NCBI GenBank assembly: GCA_018402195.1 | Contig: JAGYIW010000003.1 | Coordinates: 8,858 to 72,857 of the forward strand | Direction of reading: 5' to 3' | From: Gammaproteobacteria bacterium | GTDB taxonomy: Bacteria > Pseudomonadota > Gammaproteobacteria > M30B25 | Length of the DNA stretch: 64,000 bases | Part shown: positions 12,876-23,300 of the stretch, in pieces | How the letters are laid out: every line of letters starts with the position of its first letter | How positions within the stretch are numbered: position 1 is the first letter of the stretch | Position numbers and translations under genes: made by a program | The notes under the pieces: model-generated | Databases searched by the model: none | Told to the model about the DNA's origin: nothing | The model's input: only the letters and a program-made list of their open reading frames with translations

Positions 12876-14189
12876 CTACGTATCTAGTTGTTGCATCAAT
12901 GAATGATATGCGTCCCTTGGCATACGCACGTTAACACACCAGTCTCCTACCTCATCAAGATGTGAATCAGTGATGACCTGCATTGCACGCAATTGCGCCA
13001 ATAATTTTCCTGCCTGCATAGGGATATGCAGCTCTGCGTTGATCATGGGGCCTTTTAAGCGGATAGCAATAGCTTCTGACAACAAATCTAATCCTCTGTT
13101 TTTCACTACCGATAGCCATACCCTGGCTGGTAAGCCTTGTTCATCATAATCGACATGTGGCTGCTTGGCCTTGAGGCAATCTATTTTGTTGTACACAATC
13201 AATTGTGGTATATGCTCAGCACCAATGGCCTCTAATACCGTGTTGACTGCCTCAATTAAAGTGTCTTCTTCTGGATGGCTGGCGTCCACTACGTGCAACA
13301 ACAAATCTGCTTCAGTTACTTCAGTTAGCGTCGCCCGAAAGGCTGCTACCAAATCATGTGGTAACCGTCTAATAAATCCAACAGTATCAGATAACACACA
13401 AGATGATATGCCAGTGACACTGAGTTGTCTAACTGTGGGATCCAAGGTGGCAAACAATTGATCAGCGGCAAATACATCAGCAGTGGTCAAGGCATTAAAA
13501 AGTGTGGATTTCCCAGCATTGGTATAGCCCACCAAGGCTACTGATAAACATTGTGAACGCCTACGCGAAGCTTGGCTTTGCTGGCGTTGCATGGCTACCT
13601 TGGCAAGACGCTTTTTCAGTGCCTTTATACGGCCGCGTATCAGTCGTCTATCGGTTTCCAACTGAGTTTCCCCCGGCCCTCTTAAACCAATACCACCTTT
13701 CTGTCTCTCCAAATGAGTCCAACCGCGCACCAACTTGGTAGTAATGTAATTTAATTGCGCCAATTCTACTTGAAGTTTACCTTCAAAGGTTTGCGCCCGG
13801 CGAGAAAAAATATCCAAGATCAAACCGGTCCTATCTAGTACTCGACAGCCTATGGCACGCTCGATATTACGCTCTTGGGAGGCAGAAAGGTGGTGATTAA
13901 ACAGAACCAAAGACACATCATGGACACGTACGGCTTCGGCAATGGCTTCTAGTTTTCCCTGACCAATAAAGGTTTTGGCAACCACAACCTGGCATGTGCC
14001 AGTTAAGGTTTCAATGACTTCTGCCCCTGTGGCAGCAACAAGTGACACAAACTCCTGGAGATCTTCCTCTGTTGTGTCGCCTGTGATGGCATAGGATGCA
14101 AGTATCACACGCTCAGTTTGATCAGCATTATGCAGCGTCTGATTTTTTTGATTGACTAAACTGAACTGAATCGTCGCTGTCGCTTTCAT
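12876..14189 (-). CDS. hflX: GTPase HflX
   Basis: G1 motif [15 protein letters not shown]3 motif DTVGFI, G4 motif NKID. The N-terminal HflX domain is present. It follows hfq. Confidence 0.93.
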   Translation of the reverse strand: MKATATIQFSLVNQKNQTLHNADQTERVILASYAITGDTTEEDLQEFVSLVAATGAEVIETLTGTCQVVVAKTFIGQGKLEAIAEAVRVHDVSLVLFNHHLSASQERNIERAIGCRVLDRTGLILDIFSRRAQTFEGKLQVELAQLNYITTKLVRGWTHLERQKGGIGLRGPGETQLETDRRLIRGRIKALKKRLAKVAMQRQQSQASRRRSQCLSVALVGYTNAGKSTLFNALTTADVFAADQLFATLDPTVRQLSVTGISSCVLSDTVGFIRRLPHDLVAAFRATLTEVTEADLLLHVVDASHPEEDTLIEAVNTVLEAIGAEHIPQLIVYNKIDCLKAKQPHVDYDEQGLPARVWLSVVKNRGLDLLSEAIAIRLKGPMINAELHIPMQAGKLLAQLRAMQVITDSHLDEVGDWCVNVRMPRDAYHSLMQQLDT

Positions 14190-14409
14190 GCGTACCTTGT
14201 AACACTATTTTACGCATGGGCACTATGGTAGATACCGCATGCTTGTATATCATTTGGCTAGCATTACTTTTTAGCAAAATGACTTTTTTATCAAAAGCTT
14301 CTATAGATCCTTGAAGCTTAATGCCGTTGACCAAATAAATGGCCACCGGTACTTCTTCCCGACACAACGTGTCTAAAAATGGCTGCTGTAATTGTCTTTC
14401 CTCTGACAT
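14128..14409 (-). CDS. hfq: RNA chaperone Hfq
   Basis: Sm motifs [19 protein letters not shown] and [10 protein letters not shown]. It has an acidic C-terminal tail and overlaps the annotated hflX start by 62 nt. Confidence 0.95.
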   Translation of the reverse strand: MSEERQLQQPFLDTLCREEVPVAIYLVNGIKLQGSIEAFDKKVILLKSNASQMIYKHAVSTIVPMRKIVLQGTHESDSDDSVQFSQSKKSDAA

Positions 14410-14704
14410 CGGTGTCTCCTTTTTATGTTATTATGGGGCTTGTTGTAAGTTTATACATTCTAACATAAATATGTTAACAACCAAGAAGAAAAAACATTAA
14501 CTTACAATATATTATAATTTTATTTTTTTTCATGATACAACAAAAGAAATATCATCTAAAAAATATGATAAAATTTTATCTTATTGAATATTAGATTATT
14601 TCTATCAAAAACATGATGGGGCTAGCTAAGTACTTGGTAAAGGCATTGACGAATAAAGAGTGTAAGTCATAGTCTCTGATCAGTAAAGCTGATGGCTAGA
14701 CTTT

Positions 14705-15127
14705 CAGCAATTCTCAGTGAAGCTACTTGCCCAAATGTTCTGTGCAATATAGGCCCAATTTATTGATCCAAAGTTGAAATTCATCTTGCCATTTTTACCT
14801 TTATCGTTGACGATTGACTGATTGTTCGAGATTCAATGCCAAGTTTTTGACCAGGGCCATAGTTTCATTGCATATAATATCCCTGCTTCTTCACATCACA
14901 TTTAAAAGTTCATTTAACTTTTCCAGCCACAACGGCCAGCACAAACCAGTATTTTAATATTGTCACTAGCCTCATCTACATCAGTGACCCAACTGTTCCG
15001 AATGCTCCTTGTTGTTTCATAAACAATCTATCAACACTCTGCTAGAGAATATAAACTACGAATTTTATTTTACTTGCACCTGCAGAAATGAAAAAATCAA
15101 CTGCTTATAATTCACCGAGAATTGCTG
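14705..15127 (-). mobile_element. Internally deleted (MITE-like) copy of an IS4-like DDE element with a 9-bp target-site duplication
   Basis: The termini CAGCAATTCTCAGTGAAG (14705...) and TTCACCGAGAATTGCTG (...15127) are inverted repeats. Identical CTAGACTTT flanks both ends (14696-14704 and 15128-15136). The minus strand inside encodes RNSWVTDVDEASDNIKILVCAGRCGWK, then a degraded KKQGYYMQ-NYGPGQ. This is homologous to the transposase fragment at 36907-37233. Confidence 0.7.
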
Positions 15128-15174
15128 CTAGACTTTAGCCCAATTACCCTGAACAAATCACTGCACTGGCATGG

Positions 15175-16056
15175 TCAAAAGGTTGGCATCTCATACGAGT
15201 TTATGTAAACCTGGCCACCCTCACCCAGCCAAGACAGCTTCTGGCGCTTCGCCAACTGTCTTATCGCCCACAACCGTGGCTTGTCGCGCTTCTTCGCACT
15301 GCATTCGCCATTGAGATGGTTTTAGCCACTGTAGCCTACTGATCGCATGGCTGGTACGGCCGGGGTAACATCTGGAAAAGCAGAAATATGTTCGACCTCC
15401 TCAGGAAATCCCTGCACTAACATGATATCGACCCGTTCGGCAATTTGTGCATGCAAAACTGCTCGGTCTTTAGGAAACAGGGCCATGTTGACGAAATCGT
15501 GCTCGGAAGGCTGAACTTTTTTTTGCAACCGCGACAATGGTACGCCGGCAATCTCAAAAACTTCCAATGCCCGCTGAATACGCTGCCTGTCATTAGGATG
15601 AATGGCATCTGCAGCGTCAGGATCACATGCCCGTAAACGCGCGTGTAATGCAGACCAGCCTTGATTTTCTCCTTCTTGCCATAATCTATCACGAATGCTT
15701 GGATCAGACTCAGGCAAATCTGCCATACCTTGTTGTAGGGCATGAAAATACATCATGGTACCACCTACCATCAGAGGGTGCTTGCCACGACTTTCGATAT
15801 CTCTGATCAATCCTTGTGCATCTTCACAAAATTCTCCCGCAGAATAAGTTTGGTGTGGATCTTTGATGTCCACCAAATGATGTGGCACGCCTTGGCGCTC
15901 TGCCAAAGTTGGTTTGGCAGTACCAATGTCCATGCCACGATAAATCATCGCTGAATCAACATTAATGATTTCAAAGTCAAAAGATTGAGAAAGCGCGATA
16001 GAGAGCCTTGTTTTGCCGATGGCAGTGGGACCCATCAAACAAAATACCTTGGCCAT
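15175..16056 (-). pseudogene. miaA: tRNA dimethylallyltransferase MiaA with an in-frame premature TAA
   Basis: P-loop GPTAIGKT and a conserved core are present. The ORF stops at ...MRSVGYSG-TAA (15322-15324). The same frame continues for 48 more codons containing the conserved C-terminal AIRQLAKRQKLSWL, up to a TGA at 15175-15177. Confidence 0.8.
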
Positions 16057-16058
16057 GT

Positions 16059-18103
16059 TTACTTACCACGCATAAATAATGCGTCCAGCTCTTTTAGTTT
16101 CCATTGTTTCCAAGTTGGACGCCCGTGGTTACACTGGGCGCTACAATCCGTAGCTTCCATATCTCGGAGTAATTGATTCATCTCAGTCAAAGACAATCTA
16201 TCGTTGGCACGCACGGCCTGGTGGCAGCTCATGGTGGAGAGTAATTGATCCAGATGGTCTTCAATGCGCGTGCTATTTTCGAAGGTTGCCAAATCAGCAA
16301 CAATGTCTTGTACCAATCCAGGAACATCGGCACAAACCAACAATGCAGGTAATTGTCGTACAACCAAAGTGTCCTCTCCAAGTACCGCTAGCTCCATGCC
16401 AGACTGTTCCAACAAGGGCAAATGTGGTGTGACAGTCGCCACTTCACGTTGACTGACTTTGACAGTGATGGGAACTAACAGTGGCTGGGCTTTTAACCCA
16501 TGGCCTTTATAAGCTTGTTTCATTTTTTCGTATGTGATGCGCTCGTGGGCTGCGTGCATATCTACCAGCACCAAGCCCTGGTCGTTTTCCGCCAAAATAT
16601 AAATCCCCAAACATTGAGAAATAGCATAGCCTAGTGGAGGGGTTTTTGGTACCTCAGATACTGGCCTGCTTGGCTGATCACTGATATGGGCTGACAATGG
16701 GGGTTGGTGATTCGAATAAGTATGTCTGCTCGATGGGCTGTTTTGAAAATCTTGTTGCGTTTGGCCTGAGGAGTGCTGCTCAGACGTTTCCTGTCGTGCT
16801 ACTTCAGACTGTATGTCAGGCCTCGATGCTTCATGGGCCGATGCAACTGCCGAACCAGCTTGTAAAGTTCCGTGAGTTACAGTACTGGGCTGCTGCAGCA
16901 CATCCGTCGATGCCTGTTTTTCTGCAAAAGCCATTAGGCTTGCTTGCAGGACACGGGAAGATTTGTACGCCTTGCTGTGACGTCAGATGATAAACCAGAT
17001 GGTGACGGCCCAGGCCCCTGTCTTATTTAGCCCAGAGGTTGAGTTGAGGCTGGGTCTGGGCCAGAGTCAAAACCTTGCTCGGAAGTGGCAGTAACCCCAG
17101 CACGTGTACCTTTGAGTACATCGGTGAGTGATCTTGTCAAAAAGCCATGCAGCATTTGTGAATCTCGGAAGCGTACTTCCTGTTTGCTTGGGTGAACGTT
17201 GACATCTACGCCTTCGTGCGGCATGTTGAGAAACATCACGTAGGCAGGATGGCGCCCATGATGTAAGACGTCGCGGTAAGCTTGCTTGATGGCATGACTG
17301 ATGACCTTATCGCGCACCATACGGCCATTAAGATAAAAGTATTGGCAGTCAGCTTGACTACGGGAAAAAGTCGGATGAGAAATCCATCCCTGCAATCGCA
17401 AGGCACCTATGCTGTTGTCCACGCTCAGGCATTGGTCGGCAAAAGGTTGTCCGCAGACCAAAGCCAGGCGTGAGAGTTTGTCGGCTTCACTCGCGATTTG
17501 CTTCAGTTGATGCACCATTTTCTGGTTGTGTTTGAAGGTAAAGCCAACATCAAAATGACTGAGAGCAATGCGCTTGAAGATTTCATCGATATGGTTAAAT
17601 TCGGTACGATCAACTCGGAGAAATTTCTTGCGCGCAGGGGTATTGTAAAACAGGTCACCCACAGAAACAGTCGTGCCCTGTTGATGGGCCGCAGGTTTGG
17701 TTTCGATATGACTTAAATTACCTTCTATCGCAACCATGTGTCCACAATCTGCTTCGGCATTTTTAGAGGTTAATTTAAATCGTGATACTGAGGCGATACT
17801 AGCAAGTGCTTCGCCACGAAAACCCAAAGTTTGTACGGCAAAAAGGTCTTCTTGGCTTGCGATTTTACTGGTAGCATGGCGAGTAACGGCAAGTACCAAG
17901 TCGTCTTTGTGAATACCACTGCCATTATCGCGCACTTGAATCAGCTGTGTGCCACCTTTTTCTATCAGCACATCTACCTGCGTGGCGCCAGCATCAATGG
18001 CATTTTCCAGCAGTTCTTTGATGATAGAGGCTGGCCGCTCAACCACTTCGCCAGCAGCGATTTGGTTAGCAAGTACCTCGTCCAATGGATGAATACGTTT
18101 CAT
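16059..18103 (-). pseudogene. mutL: DNA mismatch repair protein MutL, split by frame disruptions in the linker
   Basis: The N-terminal GHKL ATPase half is intact (17027-18103; ELLENAIDAGA, DNGSGI). The C-terminal half is intact (16059-16934; DMHAAHERITYE and CNHGRPT). The 92 bp between them contains a stop and needs two frame changes to connect. Confidence 0.8.
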
Positions 18104-18146
18104 CCTCTAACAATACGTTAGTTTACTATCGTATTCAAGTATATGA

Positions 18147-20024
18147 TTAAGTTGACACACCACCAAGGCCAGCTGGCGATCCAGCACCCGTGCCTCGCCC
18201 ATAACCACCTACGAGACCTTCAAGGTCATCATGAATGGCGGCATGCTGGTCGTTTTGGTATCGGCTAGCACCATGTCTTCCAAGCGCTGTGAAGCACGCG
18301 CCACCACTTGCATAACCAGCTTGATCAGTACCTACATGATGACTGGTTTGGTCGCTATCATCTAAGGCAATATCGCCTCTCAGACCACCAAGCTCTTCAA
18401 CCATCATGTGCTCAGCCTCATCAGCCCATTCGCCCCAGCGCATTGATTTTGGTACGGGGATCACATGATCCATGGTTTTAGCCAATTGGTGTAACAGGGT
18501 TTCAAAGCCTGGTCTCAGGTCACCCCCAGAAGGCAGAAGTCTATTCACCCGAAAAACATCCTTCCAATCTGATGATGCAAAATAATCATATAGATTTTCT
18601 AGCTCATGTTTCAACGCTACAAAGGCTTTAAAATCATGGTGTTTCATATCGCTAATTGCTTGTGTGCCATCGGCATTGAATACCTTTTTATATTTCTCAT
18701 GCGTTTCATAAAGAGCAGACATGAGTTTGACAAAATTGGTTTGCGTGTTTGTACATCCTTTGGCTTGGTAACGTGAAACCACTGGGTGCATAGATTTCAT
18801 CAAATGCTGGGCTCTAGTATCCTCACCTTCGCGAATCCTTCTCTTTAAGTGACAAACTTGTTCTTCTGAGAGTTCTACTCTTTTCTTGAACACTTGAAAC
18901 TCTTTAGGTAGCAAGCCTCTAAGATAGTTCTCAAAAACATCCGTTATTAAGCACCGCAATGCCATTGGTAAGGTGTCTTCTGCATTGAGCACAAAACTGT
19001 CTTTTTTTCTAGCATTCCCTACAAAACAAGCTTCAAAGCGTGGTGCAAGAGAGACATGTTTCTTATTTAGCGGTGCGACATGACCCTTTTCCGGTTTACC
19101 CACCAATGCATTACGCAATTCAAACAACGCTGCCTGAGGACTCATTCTAGTAACAGTGTCAGTTGATGCTTTCTTTGCTTGCTTACCACTAATTACTTTT
19201 TCCAATAACTTTTTCAGGTTTTTTATGCCTGTTTTGCTACTCTTTCCGTACTGCACCAGTTGACAAACATTGATATAGGCTTGCTTCTCATCAATAGACT
19301 GCGGATTATTTGGGTTTGTGCCAAGAGCATCTTGTAGGAGTGTCTTATACTGCGTGAAACTATCTGAACAGCTTGCGCTGTTGTTTAATGACTCTGCTAA
19401 ACCAACAAAATAGGGTTCCAAACTATGTGTATTCATAGCATTGAGAAGCTTTGTCATCACTGCTGAAATCGCGTTTATAAACCCATCATGATCCATGAAT
19501 TTTCTAGTATCTACCACTGCCTTTCTTGCAAAAAGATCGGTTAGTCTTCGTAGCTGGAATGCCTGAATATGCTGACGTAGCTGGGTAACATAGATGCTTC
19601 TTAGCAAATCATCTGTTTGCGATTTCACAGCGCTACTCGACATGGACCGAGTGGGTGAAATTGAACTACCCTTTTGTATTTTTGATCGGTTCAGTCCGAT
19701 TTTCTGTTCAATGGCTCTGAGATGCTCTTGGTCTTTGCCTCTTGCTACCTTATCTAGCAACTCTTTCGATGAAACGTGCTCTGGCAAAGTCTTTCCATCA
19801 AGAAACGCACCTACTCCTAAACTGACAAGCGATCCAGACCATTGCTCTAGCATCAATGTAATTCTTCCGAAAAACTCTTCATTAAATGGTGCTAACCGAG
19901 CCAAGGTGGTGCCACCAAATAGATGAGACTCTCTCCCAACACTTAAACCAGTATCATCTCGATTAATACTTCGCTGCAAGCTAGCAAAAACCCTTGCCCA
20001 TGGCAGTACGCTTAACAAAGGCAT
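18147..20024 (-). CDS. Hypothetical protein, 625 aa, no family recognised; possibly 5'-eroded
   Basis: Long ORF with a Gly-rich C-terminus. Its stop lies 43 bp upstream of the mutL start on the same strand. The frame stays open upstream of the Met without a start codon, and coding-like fragments in other frames fill 20025-20397. Confidence 0.6.
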   Translation of the reverse strand: MPLLSVLPWARVFASLQRSINRDDTGLSVGRESHLFGGTTLARLAPFNEEFFGRITLMLEQWSGSLVSLGVGAFLDGKTLPEHVSSKELLDKVARGKDQEHLRAIEQKIGLNRSKIQKGSSISPTRSMSSSAVKSQTDDLLRSIYVTQLRQHIQAFQLRRLTDLFARKAVVDTRKFMDHDGFINAISAVMTKLLNAMNTHSLEPYFVGLAESLNNSASCSDSFTQYKTLLQDALGTNPNNPQSIDEKQAYINVCQLVQYGKSSKTGIKNLKKLLEKVISGKQAKKASTDTVTRMSPQAALFELRNALVGKPEKGHVAPLNKKHVSLAPRFEACFVGNARKKDSFVLNAEDTLPMALRCLITDVFENYLRGLLPKEFQVFKKRVELSEEQVCHLKRRIREGEDTRAQHLMKSMHPVVSRYQAKGCTNTQTNFVKLMSALYETHEKYKKVFNADGTQAISDMKHHDFKAFVALKHELENLYDYFASSDWKDVFRVNRLLPSGGDLRPGFETLLHQLAKTMDHVIPVPKSMRWGEWADEAEHMMVEELGGLRGDIALDDSDQTSHHVGTDQAGYASGGACFTALGRHGASRYQNDQHAAIHDDLEGLVGGYGRGTGAGSPAGLGGVST

Positions 20025-20397
20025 TTTATCAGGATGATTTCCAAGGTGTTCGATTAGAGTTTCAGCTACAACGCCCTGGGCATTTTCGGCAGCTTATCGA
20101 ATGTTTTGGTCGGTTAACTCAGTTGTATGCCATTGTATGCTGGTCGCTGTATTAAATTCAGCACCAGCCTATCGTCAATAGTCGGGCTCAATAATTCAAA
20201 AGCTTGGCATTGATCTATGCGATAACCAGCATATTGCCTGAAAATTCGCCTAGCATCCTCAACAATATGGCTGAAGAAACGTAGACCATACAGTAAAGGA
20301 ATCCAGCGACCACATTGTGCATCCCTTTGAACTTCATGGTCTCGTTGGATTTATAAGTCCAATCAGCTGGATAAGCACAGCAGGTACACGGTGTAAA

Positions 20398-23300
20398 TCA
20401 ATCGATTTGGGTCTTAAATAACTTATCTAAATCTGCGCTCAACATCTGGTTAATAGGACTACCAAATTTTTCATAACATCTTACAAGATTAGCCAGCATA
20501 GGTTTGACATACATATCCAGTGGCGTAGCCTTATCACCTCTAGCATGGCCTGTGGCTCGATGGAAACTGATTGCAGCACTAACCCAGGCATGATAATGAC
20601 ATCCATGATTATCTAACGAGAGTGAGGCAATCACTTTTCCAAGTCTGCCTTCCTCATCTAATGCACTAAGTTCACCTGGATCATTAGCAGTGATACCTTC
20701 CCTAAAGTCAATCATGGCTGCTTCATGAGGAAACTTAGGCGACAGTGCACTCCCCATCAGGGTAAGCATCAGCAATGTACCTAACTCAGCAACATCTGCT
20801 TGCGACTGGGCTCCCATCACTTCGTACAATGTCGTAAAGAGTATATCAAAGGGTTTCAGGGCTTCCATAAGCTGGCTAGCATCTGCGCCATCATCAGCCT
20901 GTTGCTTTAATTGTTTGAGTTCAAACAAGTACTGTTTTGCGACTATGCCCCAAACCCAGTGACAATGTGGATTTCTGCGTAGCTCCCCACAGCCTAAGTC
21001 CTCGATGAACTTGATGTAGTCAGAATTACCTGCATGCGATAGCAAATAGCGCATGGCAGTGGTCACAATTTTTGCGCCATATCTAGCAGCAGGGTTTAGG
21101 TAATCACTTGGGCTTGTACGCGAAGCTGCTAGAAGCTCGCCTACAAAAATGATCGTCATAAGTTGATTCGTGTTTTTGCCAAATCCATCTATGCTTATGG
21201 CCTGAGCAATGTTTAGGGTTGCTGCTTTCCTGCTTACAGCATCTTGAATTCCTCTCAGCACAAAGCTTATAGCATCATTGGCCTCATTCTGTGAAATGAC
21301 TGCAATGATAGGCCGCAGTATACTATTTTCTGCCCACCGTCTCAGCACAATCCTTACTGGGTGTTGACTCTCTGTCAGATTAGCGTGTCCAACGTAGTGC
21401 AGGTTGCTCAGCACATGATTAATAAACTTGAGAATTAATGCTTTCGCTCTGGCTGTTAATCCAAGATGAGCAGCAATCATAACCACAGTTTCATAGTAAG
21501 CATAAGGCTCACTCAGCTCAGTGGGGGAGCAGCTATCAGAAAGTGCTAATGCGGACTCAGCCTTCTTCACATATGGCTGTAACATGTGTGCAAAATTAGT
21601 GCTGTCAGCAACCACCATGCCACAGAAAGGTGCATCAACACTAAGCTTGTATGGACTGACAAGCTGCTTGACGCGTACTTTTAATGCTTCAGTCGTTACC
21701 TCTAAGTTTCCATTTTTAATGGCTTCTTCAGAGGTGATATCAGCGCATTCGTGTATGAAAGTATTCAGTACATGGGTTAGACCAAGCCCAAACGCGTAGC
21801 GTAATACTGATATTCTCAGAGCAAAGTCTAGCCTTGCCTTATCAGCACCATCAAAACCATCACCTCCAGGTAATAACCTTAGCAAACCTTGAATTTGTAT
21901 GACTGAGGCATCTTTGGGTAAGGCGTATCTGTTGGCTAACTCGCTCTCAACCTTGTTATCAAAAAATTTAACAGCCCACTTATCTAAGGGCGATTGGTGA
22001 TCAGCTACTTTCTGTATTGCTTTCTTCATGAAAGCCAACTGTTGACCATGACCTAAAGTCACCATAAATGTCGCCACGGGGAAAAATTCAGCTTTCCTTG
22101 CCGGAATAGCCTGCCAAAGTATGCCAACCATGTCTTCGATCTTCCTAAGCACTGTTGGAAAATCATCCTCAGAGTCCGACAAGCCAAGTTTTCTTATAAC
22201 ACCACTAAGAAATAACACGTGCCTCAGTATTTGACCAGGGATGTTGATAGTACGATCACCTACTCCCACACCTGCGCTTACAGGCATCTGTGTTAAGTTA
22301 CTTAAGGCTTTCTCCAAAACATTGTCACAGATGATGTTTGGCGTATGCAAATCATAGCCCATTTCATCACCAGGGACAGCTTTGGACAACATGTCCAATA
22401 GGCGCGCTGCAATAGTGACAAAATCCAAGTATTGTTCATTGGCATCCATATGTCGAGGTGCGACCAAATAGGTACTAACGTTGCGGAGATCATAGTTAAC
22501 ATCAAACCTGTTACCTGTAGATCTTGCTAGTAACTCTGCTACTCGAATTTTATACCCAGTTTCTTTAGACGTTGACACGCCCGTAGGTAGTGTGAGCAGT
22601 CCAGCATGACTGGCTAACTCAAGCGGCAAGGCACCATGTCCTTTTTCTAACCACACTTGATTCATTCTCATGACATTGGCGATGGCACGGGCATAGAAAA
22701 GTGCCCGAGATTTTTCGGGAACCATAGGCAATATCTTGGCAATTGTGGCAAAAATTCTTGCGGAAAAATCATTGTCAATGACATCAACTTTGTCGAGAAT
22801 ATCAAGTAAATCACTGAGGAGCTGTTGCATCTTGAGTGTTTTCCCAGCAAACAATTCCGCAACATGAAAATCTCTCATGCAAGATCGGCCAAGGTCTTGT
22901 GATGCAAGTAACCTAGATAAATAGTTAACTACTGGCTGGCCCCGCCATGCAGTTTGAGCAGCATATATGTTTGGATAAGACATGGTTATTTCTAGATAGG
23001 GGTTTAGATCTGTGCTTCTGGCTTGCAATTCGAAATTGACATCATTACTGCATTGCTCTTCACCGCCATCAGCAAACGTCATAGTGACTGTGGTATTAGT
23101 GCTAGTTAGCCTGATTAATTGATGAACATCCCAGTTTGTGACTCTTGGAACTTGTTTGTGAATGGGCTTAGGAAAAGTGAATGTAACACCTTCTCCAGAC
23201 CAATGGCTTGGATCGGCCAATCCAGAAAATTTGAAATAAAATACCTTATGATCATTGTTCAAATTAGTATTATCATAGGACACCAAAGGATGATTGGGGC

